A DNA stretch of 64,000 nucleotides from Klebsiella pneumoniae (lineage in GTDB: Bacteria > Pseudomonadota > Gammaproteobacteria > Pseudomonadales > Azotimanducaceae). Every line of letters starts with the position of its first letter. The stretch's first letter is position 1. Positions 9,000 to 18,966 of this stretch are shown here, piece after piece. The position numbers were made by a program, and so were the translations under genes. The notes beneath the pieces were generated by a model. It saw only the letters and a program-made list of their open reading frames with translations, did no database searches and was not told the origin of the DNA. Location of the stretch: positions 1 to 64,000 of the forward strand of contig CAMAVY010000002.1 of assembly GCA_945861675.1 (NCBI GenBank), in the 5' to 3' direction.

Positions 9000-9422
9000 T
9001 CAGGCGCGCACTGGAAGCGCAACGAGGGGTACGAGCTTCAGGCGTCGCGCCCGCCGAGCGAACCGGCGGTCGTCGAATGTCACAAGCTGGTCGCAGTTGC
9101 GACTGCACGACCAATGCAGCGCATCGGCGAAGTCGAACCCCTGTTGATGCAGCGCGGCCGCGTCCTGGACGGCCTCCCAACGGTCAACGGTGACGTGCGG
9201 CATTCCGATGAGATTCGCAATCACATCGCAGAATTCTGCTGGCGTTGACTGGTAGAACCCGCGCATCACCCACTCGAACTCAAGGATGACACTCAGTGGG
9301 ACGAAGACTGCGTCTGATTCGAGCATGACCCGACGGGCGAGCGGGCGTTGTTTCGCTGCCTCTGGGTCCTGCGGGTCGTCGCAATAGAACCGCGCCAACA
9401 CGTTAGTGTCGACCGCGATCAC
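9000..9422 (-). CDS. vapC: PIN-domain ribonuclease toxin VapC
   Basis: (M)IAVDTNVLARFY...PIN-domain acidic residues. GTG start overlapping the vapB stop (GTGA). Confidence 0.8.
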   Translation of the reverse strand: MIAVDTNVLARFYCDDPQDPEAAKQRPLARRVMLESDAVFVPLSVILEFEWVMRGFYQSTPAEFCDVIANLIGMPHVTVDRWEAVQDAAALHQQGFDFADALHWSCSRNCDQLVTFDDRRFARRARRLKLVPLVALPVRA

Positions 9423-9676
9423 GGTTTCCGGGACCTCCGAAGCGACGCTGCGGCGTCGAAATCCATCAGCCGTCGAGGCCTTGTGGCTCGCTTGACCTTC
9501 ACCATTCCGTAGCCGGCCGCGGGATCTGTGGGCGGGACGCGCCGCCGGATCACCAGCCGAATGACACCGCCTTCATCCACGAACTCGACCTGCGTGCCGG
9601 GCGTGAGCTCATACCTCGCGCGTATTTCCGCCGGGATGATGATCTGTCCCTTTGCGGTGAGCGTCGCCGCTGCCAT
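9419..9676 (-). CDS. vapB: AbrB/MazE-type antitoxin VapB
   Basis: 85 aa. SpoVT/AbrB-like swapped-hairpin N-terminus (AKGQIIIPAEIRARYEL). AGGAG RBS. Directly upstream of and overlapping vapC. Confidence 0.75.
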   Translation of the reverse strand: MAAATLTAKGQIIIPAEIRARYELTPGTQVEFVDEGGVIRLVIRRRVPPTDPAAGYGMVKVKRATRPRRLMDFDAAASLRRSRKP

Positions 9677-9699
9677 CGGTGCGACTCCTGAATTGTGGG

Positions 9700-10560
9700 C
9701 GGAAGAGTAGCACGGCTTACCTAGTAAGCGACCACGTGATCGGCGGAGGTGTCGACCTGGAGCGCTTCGGGCCGCTGCCGCGGATAAAGCGAATGCCTGC
9801 GTCGCACGTGGCGCAGGATCCGGATGCTGAAACTGCCGACGCGCACCCTACGACTGCACCACCTCGAACCTCGTGCCCGGGCTGCCACCTACTTCCAGTT
9901 CGCAGTTGCCGTAGGCTTCGCGCGTCGCATAGCGCGTCGTTGCGTCGAAAGGAAGCTGCGCGTAGCCGCGATCACAGCGCAACCTGAGCGTCGCCACTCT
10001 GCCTTCCAGCAGGCGGAGACGACGAAGCGGCGTTTCAGCAACGGGAGCAGCCACGCGCGGTTGTCGGACAGCTTGCCCGCCGTCTTGAACCCGCGCGCGT
10101 CGGTGGCGAGCAACGCGAGCTCCTCGTTCAGCCTCAGGTTTGCGGGCAGGGCGCGCAGGTTCGGGTCCAGTTGGGCGAGCGTAGCCCGTGCGCGCCCGAG
10201 GTCCTGACGCCTCGCGTGCAGCCGCAACAGCATCTCTAGCGCGGCGCGTCGGATGGACTGCGGTAGCGCGTCGCCGTAGATCTGCCCTTGCAAGGCGCGT
10301 TCGAACACTTCCACCTGTTGTTGCTCGCTGCCCCAGCGCCCGGCGAAGTACGCCTCCGTGAAGGAGACGTACACACCCTCGTCGAACGTCCGGGCGCGCA
10401 GATCTGCAATAGCGCGCTCGGCTTCGGCGCGATCGCCCGGATCGATGGCACCGGCTTGCTACGCCATATTGCAGGCGAAAAGCGTACGCGGCACATCCAA
10501 TCCAGCGCGCTCGCCGTCTATGCGGGTTCGCCGGACCAGCGGTTGATGGCGATGGCCTGT
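9700..10560 (-). pseudogene. Degraded remnant of a BTAD/SARP-like (TPR-containing transcriptional activator domain) regulator gene
   Basis: Minus-strand frames give ...IDPGDRAEAERAIADLRARTFDEGVYVSFTEAYFAGRWGSEQQQVEVFERALQ...LEMLLRLHARRQDLGRARATL..., interrupted by stops and frameshifts. No intact ORF >161 aa. Confidence 0.3.
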
Positions 10561-10950
10561 GGTTGCCCGAGCTGATCAGCTACGAGGCGGAACGCGACCC
10601 AGGCATCTCACGTGCCGTGTCGCTTGGGAAGCGGAGCACCGGGCTCGCTAGGATTGTTGGTGGGACGAAATCAGCCGTCGCCTGGGCGGTGCTCATCTAG
10701 CGCGGCGCCGAGTCCATGGTTGTCTTTTCCGCCGGCGCCGCTGCGGCGTGTGCCGCTCGACCGGCGCAGTCCAGCGCGCTGCAGCTGGCGGGTCTCGATG
10801 CGGCGGACGACCACCTCAAGGCAGCGGCTGAGTGCCTTCGGGGCGCGCGGCGAAGAGCATGCGCAGCGGCCAGGCGAAGCTCAGAACCCACTGCCGGACA
10901 GGCACCTGGGAATGACCTGGACGATGAGATGCGCGGCGCTCCGGCTTCAG

Positions 10951-12621
10951 CTAGTCGGTGGTCACTGCGCCGAGCGATGCCGACGACACCTGCTTCGCAT
11001 ACTTCCCAAGCAAGCCGCGTGTCGCATAGGGCGCTGGGCGAGTCCATGCGTCGCGGCGCCGGGCCATCTCTTCGTCGGAAACCCCGACGGTGACCTGATT
11101 GTTCTGCGCATCGATGGTGATGGGATCGCCATCCTGCAGCAGGGCGATGGGCCCGCCGTCGAAGGCTTCGGGTGTGACGTGCCCGATCACGAACCCGTGA
11201 GAGCCACCTGAAAAACGCCCATCGGTGAGCAGCGCAACGTCCTTTGCGAGCCCGCGCCCGTTGATCGCGCTCGTCGGCGACAGCATCTCGCGCATGCCTG
11301 GCCCGCCACGCGGCCCCTCATATCGAATCACGACCACATCGCCTTTTTTCACGTCGCCTGCAAGCACAGCCTGTAATGCGGCCTCTTCGCCGTGGTAACA
11401 GCGCGCGTGCCCCGAGAACGTCAGACCTTCGTTGCCCGTGATCTTGGCAACTGCGCCGCCCGGGGCCAGGTTTCCGTACAGCACCACAAGGTGGCTGTCC
11501 TTCTTGATCGGTGCGGAGAGCGGCCGAATGATCTGCTGCCCATCGGGATAGGGCGCAACGTCAGCAAGGTTCTCAGCCAGGGTCTTGCCGGTGACCGTCA
11601 TGCAGCCGCCGTGCAGCAGACCTGCGTCGAGCAACGTCTTCATCAACGGCTGGATGCCACCGATGTCTATCAGTTCACTCATCGCATACTTGCCGGCCGG
11701 CCGCATGTCCGCCACCACCGGAACGCGCTTACCGATGCGCGTGAAATCGTCGAGCGTCAGCGGGATGCCTGCTTCGTGCGCAATCGCCAGTAGATGCAGC
11801 ACTGCATTCGTTGAGCCTTCCAGCGCGATCACCGTGGTGATGGCATTTTCGAAGGCCTCGCGGCACAGGATGTCAGAGGGACGAATGCCGCGCGCCAGCA
11901 GGTGATGCACCGCCGCGCCCGCGTTGTAGCTGTCGCGGCGCTTCTGCTCACCGACCGCTTCCTGGGCCGAGCTGTTGGGCAGGGACAGCCCCAACGCTTC
12001 TATCGCTGACGCCATGGAGTTGGCGGTGTACATACCGCCACACGAACCTGCGCCGGGAATGGCCGTCGCTTCGATCTCGCGCAATTCCGTGGCCGAAATG
12101 CGCCCGGCAGAAAAAGCACCGACGGCTTCGAACACACTGATGACGTCGCGCCGCTCCTTGCCCAGTTGAATGGTGCCGCCATAGACGAATACCGCTGGCC
12201 GGTTGAGCCGCGCAATCGCCATTGCGCAACCCGGCATGTTCTTGTCGCAACCGCCGATGGCCACGAAGCCATCGAAGCCTTGTCCGGCCACAACCGTCTC
12301 AATGGAGTCAGCGATCACTTCGCGTGACACCAGCGAATAGCGCATGCCTGGTGTCCCCATCGCGATCCCGTCAGCGATGGTGATGGTGTTGAAGATCAGG
12401 CTCTTTGCGCCACTCTCGTCGACGCCCATCGCGGCGGCTTCTGCCAGCGCATTGATGTGCACGTTGCAGGGCGTCAGATTGCTCCAGGTCGAGGCGATGC
12501 CAATCTGCGGCTTCTGGAAGTCGGCATCGCTGAACCCCACGGCGCGCAACATGGCCCGGCTTGGAGCCTGCTCTACGCCGTCGACGACAACGGATGAATA
12601 ACGACGGCGTTCGTCGGCCAC
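10951..12621 (-). CDS. ilvD: dihydroxy-acid dehydratase (short ~557-aa IlvD/EDD-family form)
   Basis: [35 protein letters not shown] and CDKNMPG motifs. GTG start at 12619-12621 with AAGGAG RBS lying inside the argA 3' end. The track ATG at 12912 would give an implausible ~96-aa extension. Confidence 0.85.
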   Translation of the reverse strand: MADERRRYSSVVVDGVEQAPSRAMLRAVGFSDADFQKPQIGIASTWSNLTPCNVHINALAEAAAMGVDESGAKSLIFNTITIADGIAMGTPGMRYSLVSREVIADSIETVVAGQGFDGFVAIGGCDKNMPGCAMAIARLNRPAVFVYGGTIQLGKERRDVISVFEAVGAFSAGRISATELREIEATAIPGAGSCGGMYTANSMASAIEALGLSLPNSSAQEAVGEQKRRDSYNAGAAVHHLLARGIRPSDILCREAFENAITTVIALEGSTNAVLHLLAIAHEAGIPLTLDDFTRIGKRVPVVADMRPAGKYAMSELIDIGGIQPLMKTLLDAGLLHGGCMTVTGKTLAENLADVAPYPDGQQIIRPLSAPIKKDSHLVVLYGNLAPGGAVAKITGNEGLTFSGHARCYHGEEAALQAVLAGDVKKGDVVVIRYEGPRGGPGMREMLSPTSAINGRGLAKDVALLTDGRFSGGSHGFVIGHVTPEAFDGGPIALLQDGDPITIDAQNNQVTVGVSDEEMARRRDAWTRPAPYATRGLLGKYAKQVSSASLGAVTTD

Positions 12622-12623
12622 GG

Positions 12624-13985
12624 CTAAAGCTCCTTGATCAGTACTTTGGAATTGCGCTGCATATTGTAGAGAGCGAGCTTCGATGCTGGCAGGTCGGACA
12701 GCTCTGCTGATTGAAAGCCATGTTCGCGAAACCAGTCGCTGGTACGCGTTGTCAGTGCAAACAAACGCGTCAGACCATGCTGGCGCGCGCGATTGACGAT
12801 GGCGTTCAGCAGGTTTTCGCCGAGCGAGACTTGTTCGCCCGACTCGGCCAGGCTGCTCGCGGCGCCATGCGTAGACGGCCTGTTGCGGTAGTCCGGATGC
12901 GTTGCCAGGCATGCCAGCTCGCCGCTGCCTGACTCGGGATAGGGATAAAGGGCGGCGCAGCCGATGATCAAGCCATCCAACTCGGCCACCACGAAGCGGT
13001 CGATCTCGCGTTCCAGAAGTTCGCGCGAGCGGCGCACCAGATAGCCCTTTTCCTCAAGTGGCCGAATGAGATCGAGGATGCCGGCCACGTCGTCCATGCT
13101 CGCTCCACGCATTCGCTCTGCGCTGTGTTCGCTGACCGCCGTGCCGGCGCCGATGTGCGTGAACAGCTCTGTAAGCAGATCGCCGTCTTCGACATAGCTG
13201 ACCACGTGGCAGCGCGCGACGGCGCTCTGCGCGGCGCGTGCAACGGCGTTCAAACGCACACCGCGCGGCGTCTGTTCGGGGATATGTGCGGCGACGATGC
13301 GTACCAGATCGCTGGGCGACAGCTCGGAGATCAGGTTGCCGTCGCGGTCCAGTACACCCGGCCGATCATCGAGCACGATGAGCTTGTCTGCCGCCAGTTC
13401 GATCGCCACGGTCGCGGCAAGATCATCGGCATTGAGGTTGAACGCCTCGCCTGTCGGCGAGTAGCCGATCGGCGAGATGAGCACAGTGTTGCCTGCGTCC
13501 AGTTGAAACCTGATACCGGCCACATCGATTCGGCGCACGGCGCCGGTGTACCCGAGGTCTACCCCATCGAGTACGCCCATGGGGCGTGCGACCACGAAGT
13601 TGCCGCTGATCACCCGCACGCGCGACCTGTGCATGGGGGTTCCCGAAACGCCTGTGGCAAGGCTGGCCTCGATGCCAAACCGCACTGCGCCCACGACCTG
13701 CTTCACCACGGTCATCGACTTTGCGCTGGTCACGCGCAGGTGCTGCTGGTAACGCGGCACCTCGCCCGCCTGTGTGAGTGCTTCTTCGATCTGCTGCCGC
13801 GCGCCGTGCACCAGTACCAGACGGATGCCCAGGCTCGTCATCAGCGCAATGTCGTGCGTGATGTGTTCCAGGTGCTCTGATGCAATGGCATCACCGCCCA
13901 GTGCCAGCACGAAGGTGCGCCCGCGATGGGTGTTGATGTAGGGCGCGCTGTCGCGCAGCCATTTCACGAATTCACTGTTGGCCAT
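12624..13985 (-). CDS. argA: amino-acid N-acetyltransferase (N-acetylglutamate synthase)
   Basis: Amino-acid kinase-like N-terminal domain plus C-terminal GNAT. Strong resemblance to ArgA throughout ([15 protein letters not shown]-type N-terminus). Confidence 0.85.
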   Translation of the reverse strand: MANSEFVKWLRDSAPYINTHRGRTFVLALGGDAIASEHLEHITHDIALMTSLGIRLVLVHGARQQIEEALTQAGEVPRYQQHLRVTSAKSMTVVKQVVGAVRFGIEASLATGVSGTPMHRSRVRVISGNFVVARPMGVLDGVDLGYTGAVRRIDVAGIRFQLDAGNTVLISPIGYSPTGEAFNLNADDLAATVAIELAADKLIVLDDRPGVLDRDGNLISELSPSDLVRIVAAHIPEQTPRGVRLNAVARAAQSAVARCHVVSYVEDGDLLTELFTHIGAGTAVSEHSAERMRGASMDDVAGILDLIRPLEEKGYLVRRSRELLEREIDRFVVAELDGLIIGCAALYPYPESGSGELACLATHPDYRNRPSTHGAASSLAESGEQVSLGENLLNAIVNRARQHGLTRLFALTTRTSDWFREHGFQSAELSDLPASKLALYNMQRNSKVLIKEL

Positions 13986-14033
13986 GGTTTAAGTGCCGTA
14001 CTTACCTTCGGCGAGGTTTGGTTTTGAAATGCG

Positions 14034-15203
14034 TCAGAGCGTGTTGCAGGCAAGAATGAGGTTGCGAAGGATGTCGACCGTGGGCGCAACGCGGTCCAGA
14101 CGCAGAAACTCATCGGGCTGATGGGCCTGATCGATGTGACCTGGACCCAGGATCAGCGTTTCCATCCCGAGTGCCTGCAGATACGGACCCTCGGTGCCGA
14201 ACGCGACAGTACCAGCGGATTGGCCGCTCAGGCGTTCGCATGTTCTGACAAACGGGCTGTCCTGGGCGGTAACAAAAGCAGGCATCGGCGGAAACAGGTC
14301 GCTGATCACACAGGCCACGCAGTGGCGCTCGGCGACAGGCACGACGCGCCGATTGAGCTCACTCGCAATTGCCTCTACGTGCATGCCTGGCATCAGGCGT
14401 ACGTCGATCTGCAACTCAGCGCGGCCGCAGATTCTGTTCGGTGAGTCGCCCGCATGCAGGCAGCCGAAGTTCATGGTCGGCGCCTGGACCTCGAAGCCGG
14501 GATGGCGGAACCGCTGTGCGAGTTCGCTACGCAGCAACATCAGTTCGGCCATGACCGCGTGCATTGCGTCGAGCGCGTTGACGCCCAGATCGGGGTTCGA
14601 TGAGTGCCCGGATTGGCCCGCCAGCTTGATGCTCAGCATCATCATGCCTTTATGGGCATACACCGGGCGCAGATCGGTTGGCTCTCCGATCAAGGCAAAG
14701 CGTGCTTTTGGCACACCGCCTGTCGCAAGGTGGCGCGCGCCCGACATGGTGGATTCTTCATCGGCCGTGGCCAGCAACGTGATGGGTGCGGTCAGGCCCT
14801 GCTGCAGCTTGCGGCCGTCGAGCAGTGGCGCCAGCGCTGCGATGGCGAGCGGAAAGAACGCCTTCATGTCGCAGATGCCGAGGCCCACCCAGTGATCTTC
14901 CTGCGCCTGCAGCACAAACGGGTCCTGCTGCCAGAGATCGGCGTCGAATGGCACCGTATCGGTGTGACCCGCAAGCATCAGTCCATTGCCGACATCGCGC
15001 GGGCCGATGGTGGCGATCAGGTTGGCTTTGTCGACGGTGTCGGGAATCGGCACCACGTTGACGTCGAAGTGCAGGTCGCTCAGCCACTGGGCCAGCTGAT
15101 TGATGACACGCAGATTGCCCTGATCGTGTGTCGGCGACGCGCAGCTGACGGATGGTTCCGCGACCAGTCGCGCGCACATCTCAAACAGGCTGGGCAGCAT
15201 CAT
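14034..15203 (-). CDS. argE: acetylornithine deacetylase (M20 peptidase family)
   Basis: LAGHTDTVPFD metal-binding motif and M20 dimerisation-domain features. First ATG at 15201-15203 (track start upstream is non-ATG). Confidence 0.75.
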   Translation of the reverse strand: MMLPSLFEMCARLVAEPSVSCASPTHDQGNLRVINQLAQWLSDLHFDVNVVPIPDTVDKANLIATIGPRDVGNGLMLAGHTDTVPFDADLWQQDPFVLQAQEDHWVGLGICDMKAFFPLAIAALAPLLDGRKLQQGLTAPITLLATADEESTMSGARHLATGGVPKARFALIGEPTDLRPVYAHKGMMMLSIKLAGQSGHSSNPDLGVNALDAMHAVMAELMLLRSELAQRFRHPGFEVQAPTMNFGCLHAGDSPNRICGRAELQIDVRLMPGMHVEAIASELNRRVVPVAERHCVACVISDLFPPMPAFVTAQDSPFVRTCERLSGQSAGTVAFGTEGPYLQALGMETLILGPGHIDQAHQPDEFLRLDRVAPTVDILRNLILACNTL

Positions 15204-15269
15204 GACGGCGGAGACCTTTGTCGGGCCGCTATTCTGGGCGGGCGGACAAGAGGCGGGAAGAGGCGCGCG

Positions 15270-15320
15270 AGCTGTTCGCTTGCCGAGTTGTTCGCTTGCC
15301 CAGTTGTTCGCTTGCAATGC
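15270..15320. repeat. Intergenic ~16-bp tandem repeat x3 (AGTTGTTCGCTTGCC-like)
   Basis: gagctgttcgcttgcc gagttgttcgcttgcc cagttgttcgcttgc, in the divergent argE / gspE-like promoter region. Confidence 0.6.
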
Positions 15321-15480
15321 CGACAGTCATTGAGTCAAATCGCGACGGTCAGCAGGCCCTCGGCGCTGGACCCCAACGGCGGGGACACGTCAGCGGAAAC
15401 AAGTCAGCCTGCACTGGCCAGCTTGAGCTGCGCTTCTGTCCCTCCAACCATTTCTTACCAACGTTCGTATTGAGACGCTC

Positions 15481-17292
15481 ATGGCCGAGCCCAGTGCACA
15501 TGCGGTTCCGGCAGAGCAACTTACTGAGGCCCTGAGGGGGCGCCCACTCGACCTCACATCCACGCTCGACCTGCTGATGCACGATCGCATGATCGCGCGT
15601 GGCGAAGCCGAAACACTGTTGCTGCAGCCGCGCAGCAAGCGCCAGCTGAGCCTGCACGCGCTGGAGCTGATTGCGGAGCAGGCATTCAAAGATCTTCGTA
15701 AGCCCGAGCGGGTGCTGGATCTGGATGTGCTGACGGCCTGGTTGTCGGCCCGTTCGGGCATCCCTGTTGTGCGTATCGATCCGCTGAAGGTGAACGTCCC
15801 GCGCGTGACGCAGGTGATGTCCTACGCCTTTGCTCAGCGGCACAACCTGCTGGTGGTTGACGTGCGCGAGGACGAAGTGCTGGTGGCCACGGCGCAGCCT
15901 TTCGCGACCGAGTGGCGGGCAACGCTGGAGCAGACCGTCAAGCCGCGCCGCATCACGCTGATGGTGGCCGACCCCGCGGACATCACCCGCTATCAGCTCG
16001 AGTTCTACACAATGGCGCGCTCGGTGGCGAAGGCCATTGAAGCCGGCATCACGACCACGCGCGTATCGAACTTCGAGCAGCTGCTTGAACTCGGGCAGCT
16101 GAAATCGCCGGATGCGAACGACGCGCACATCGTCAACATCGTCGACTGGTTGCTGCAGTACGCATTTGATCAGCGCGCATCGGATATTCACATTGAGCCG
16201 CGCCGCGAGATCGGCCATGTGCGGTTCCGCATCGATGGCGTACTTCACAACGTCTATGAACTGCCGGCGCTGGTCACCGCGGCCGTGACCAGCCGGCTGA
16301 AAATTCTCGGGCGCATGGACGTTGCCGAGAAGCGTCGTCCGCAGGACGGACGCATCAAGACCAAGAGTCCGGAAGGCAACGAAGTTGAACTGCGGTTGTC
16401 GACCTTGCCCACCGCCTTCGGCGAAAAGCTGGTGATGCGGATCTTCGATCCCGATGTATTGCTGCGCAGCTTCCGCGAGCTGGGCCTGCAGGGCGAAGAC
16501 GAGACGCGCTGGCGCGGCATGATCGGCTCGCCCGACGGCATCGTGCTGGTGACCGGGCCGACCGGCTCTGGCAAGACCACCACGCTGTATTCATCGCTGA
16601 AGCAGCTGGCCACGCCGGAGGTGAACGTTTGCACGGTTGAAGACCCGATGGAGATGGTCGAGCCGTCGTTCAACCAGATGCAGGTGCAGCAGAACATCGA
16701 CCTGACGTTCGCCAACGGGTTGCGCTCCCTTCTGCGCCAGGATCCGGACATCATCATGGTCGGCGAGATTCGCGACCTGGAAACGGCGGAGATGGCGATC
16801 CAGGCGGCGCTGACCGGTCACCTGGTCATTTCCACGCTGCACACCAACGATGCCCCCAGCGCCATTACCCGGTTGTTGGAACTGGGCGTGCCGCCTTATC
16901 TGATCAAGGCAACCTTGCTTGGCGTGATGGCGCAACGACTGGTGCGCACGCTTTGCCCGTTGTGCAAGGAACAGGAGGTCCCGGACAAAGAGGCATGGGA
17001 CCTGCTCACGCGACCGTATCGCGGTAAGGCACCCGAGCACGTTTACGCACCACGCGGCTGCCTGGAGTGTCGCGATACGGGTTATCGCGGACGCATCGGC
17101 ATCTACGAGCTTGTGACCATGACCGAGGCAACGCGCGACCTGGTGACGAGCAGCGCCGACCTGGAACAGATTCGCCGCCAGGGTATGAAAGAGGGCATGC
17201 GCCCGCTGCGCGTCGCCGGCGCACAGAAAGTTGCAGCCGGCGTTACCACTATCGCCGAGGTCCTGCGCGTGGCCCCGGCATCACAGGCCTGA
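15481..17292 (+). CDS. GspE/PulE/PilB-family secretion ATPase. Orphan: no GspF/L/M partners in the window.
   Basis: GSPII_E N-terminal domain, Walker A GPTGSGKTT, Asp/His boxes, C-terminal tetracysteine (CPLC...CLEC). 603 aa. Confidence 0.8.
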   Translation: MAEPSAHAVPAEQLTEALRGRPLDLTSTLDLLMHDRMIARGEAETLLLQPRSKRQLSLHALELIAEQAFKDLRKPERVLDLDVLTAWLSARSGIPVVRIDPLKVNVPRVTQVMSYAFAQRHNLLVVDVREDEVLVATAQPFATEWRATLEQTVKPRRITLMVADPADITRYQLEFYTMARSVAKAIEAGITTTRVSNFEQLLELGQLKSPDANDAHIVNIVDWLLQYAFDQRASDIHIEPRREIGHVRFRIDGVLHNVYELPALVTAAVTSRLKILGRMDVAEKRRPQDGRIKTKSPEGNEVELRLSTLPTAFGEKLVMRIFDPDVLLRSFRELGLQGEDETRWRGMIGSPDGIVLVTGPTGSGKTTTLYSSLKQLATPEVNVCTVEDPMEMVEPSFNQMQVQQNIDLTFANGLRSLLRQDPDIIMVGEIRDLETAEMAIQAALTGHLVISTLHTNDAPSAITRLLELGVPPYLIKATLLGVMAQRLVRTLCPLCKEQEVPDKEAWDLLTRPYRGKAPEHVYAPRGCLECRDTGYRGRIGIYELVTMTEATRDLVTSSADLEQIRRQGMKEGMRPLRVAGAQKVAAGVTTIAEVLRVAPASQA

Positions 17293-17298
17293 CCAATC

Positions 17299-18966
17299 AT
17301 GAGCGCACTTCCATCCTGGGTATGGCCGTTGGCAGCTGTGCTGACAATCGCAGTGCTGTTCTGGCTGTCGATCCGCCGCGTGCCACAAGGTAACGAATGT
17401 GTGGTCGAGCGTGCGGGGCGCTATCGCCGCACGCTCAATTCGGGCACGCACTTCCTGCTGCCATTGCTCGATCAAGCAGGTCCGTTGATCGATATCCGCG
17501 AAACACCGTTGAACATGCGCACGCTGAAGGTGGTGACGCGTGACGAGATCGAGGTCGAGGTCGCGCTGCTGTGCTTCGTGCAGATTACAGATGCAGCGCG
17601 GGCAACCTACGAAGTGCGTGATGTGCGCACGGCAGTCGAGGAACTGGTGGGCGTGCAGGTTGCCAATCATCTTGCGGCGTGTCCGTTGGGCCAGTTGGTC
17701 ACTGATCGCGAACGCGCGTTGCTGGAACTGCCGGATCGGTTGGATCGTGCGACAGACGTCTGGGGCATCAAGGTCACACGCCTGGACATCAAGGATGTGC
17801 GCCCGCCTGAGCAGCTGTTGCAGGCCATTCTTGAAGAGACACGCAACGAGCATGAGCAGCGCACGCGCCTGCTCGAGGCGCAGGCCGCGCGCAACCTGGA
17901 ACTGGAAGAACTGCAGCGCGCACATCAGCTGCAGTTGCAGAAGACGCAGCAGGAGTACGAGCAGGCGCAGGCAGCCGAAAACGCCGCCATGGCGCTCGCA
18001 TTGAGCCAGCAGGCAGCGGCCGCGCAGGCGGCCCGCTTGGAACATGAAACGGCCGCGCAGGCGGCCCGCTTGGAACATGAAACAGCCGCGCAGGCGGTTC
18101 GTACGCAGCTGGACGCTGAAGCGCGTGGCCAACTGCAGGCCCAGGAAAGTGCTGCGCTGCAACTGGCCGCGGCGCGCAACAAAGCGGAGCTCGATGCTGA
18201 GCTTGCTCGAATCGCTGCCGAAGAAGCGCGCGCACGTGAAGCGATTGCGCAATCCGAGCAGGCTGCGCGCGTGGCCCTGGCATGGCGGGAGTCCATCGAC
18301 CTTGCGCAGCGCCAACGCGAAGAAGCCGCACAACAACATCGGCGCGTCGAACAGGAAGCAACGCATGCCCATGAGCTGGCGCGCATGGCGTCCGAACATG
18401 CAGTGCATGAAGCACGCCTGCAGCACGCTCTTGAGCTCGAACGTGCCAGTGCAGAACGTGTGGCGGCGTTGGCTGAAATCGAGCATGAAAAGGTGATGAC
18501 GGCCGAGCGTCTGGGCGCGGAGCGGACGCGTCAGGCGCTTGCGTTTGTGGCAGAACAAGACGTCATGGAGCAGATGCGCACGCTCGAAGTCGCACGCATC
18601 GAAGCAGAGCGTGAAAAGAATGAACGGGAACTGGCGGCGCGGGTGCGTATCGCAGAACTGGCTGCGGCAGAGGCCGCGCAGCTTGCACGCGCGCGTGAGG
18701 TTGCAGCTGTAGCGGATGCACGTTCCGTACAGTTGCTCAGCGCATCTCTGCAGGGCGTGAACGCGGCGACGCTTTCCTACCTCGCTGCACGTGAACAGTC
18801 CGATGCGCTGCGCAGCCTGGGTAACAGCAGCCTCAACAGTGCGGCAGCCGGTGCGGCTGCAAGCATGGTGGCCAACGTCACTGCGGCCCCGCCGGGATGG
18901 GTAACAGGTGCGGCTGTCGATCACGGTGCCGACGCTGCGGAGGAATCATCGGCGAAGCGGTCGTGA
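17299..18966 (+). CDS. yqiK: flotillin-like SPFH/Band-7 protein, YqiK ortholog. Contains an in-frame 36-bp duplication.
   Basis: N-terminal TM plus SPFH domain, then a ~300-aa Ala/Glu/Arg/Gln-rich coiled coil. 555 aa versus E. coli YqiK 553 aa. Next to glnE, as yqiK-hldE-glnE in E. coli. Duplicated AAQAARLEHETA at ~18029-18100. Confidence 0.75.
   Translation: MSALPSWVWPLAAVLTIAVLFWLSIRRVPQGNECVVERAGRYRRTLNSGTHFLLPLLDQAGPLIDIRETPLNMRTLKVVTRDEIEVEVALLCFVQITDAARATYEVRDVRTAVEELVGVQVANHLAACPLGQLVTDRERALLELPDRLDRATDVWGIKVTRLDIKDVRPPEQLLQAILEETRNEHEQRTRLLEAQAARNLELEELQRAHQLQLQKTQQEYEQAQAAENAAMALALSQQAAAAQAARLEHETAAQAARLEHETAAQAVRTQLDAEARGQLQAQESAALQLAAARNKAELDAELARIAAEEARAREAIAQSEQAARVALAWRESIDLAQRQREEAAQQHRRVEQEATHAHELARMASEHAVHEARLQHALELERASAERVAALAEIEHEKVMTAERLGAERTRQALAFVAEQDVMEQMRTLEVARIEAEREKNERELAARVRIAELAAAEAAQLARAREVAAVADARSVQLLSASLQGVNAATLSYLAAREQSDALRSLGNSSLNSAAAGAAASMVANVTAAPPGWVTGAAVDHGADAAEESSAKRS

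Noticed and set aside
17281-18924. 547-aa ORF antisense to yqiK; 17789-18415 and 17925-18386 (-) ORFs
   Set aside because: Produced by the Ala/Glu/Gln-rich coiled-coil repeat (antisense reads as Cys/Leu/Arg-rich). No start context. The yqiK strand has SPFH homology.
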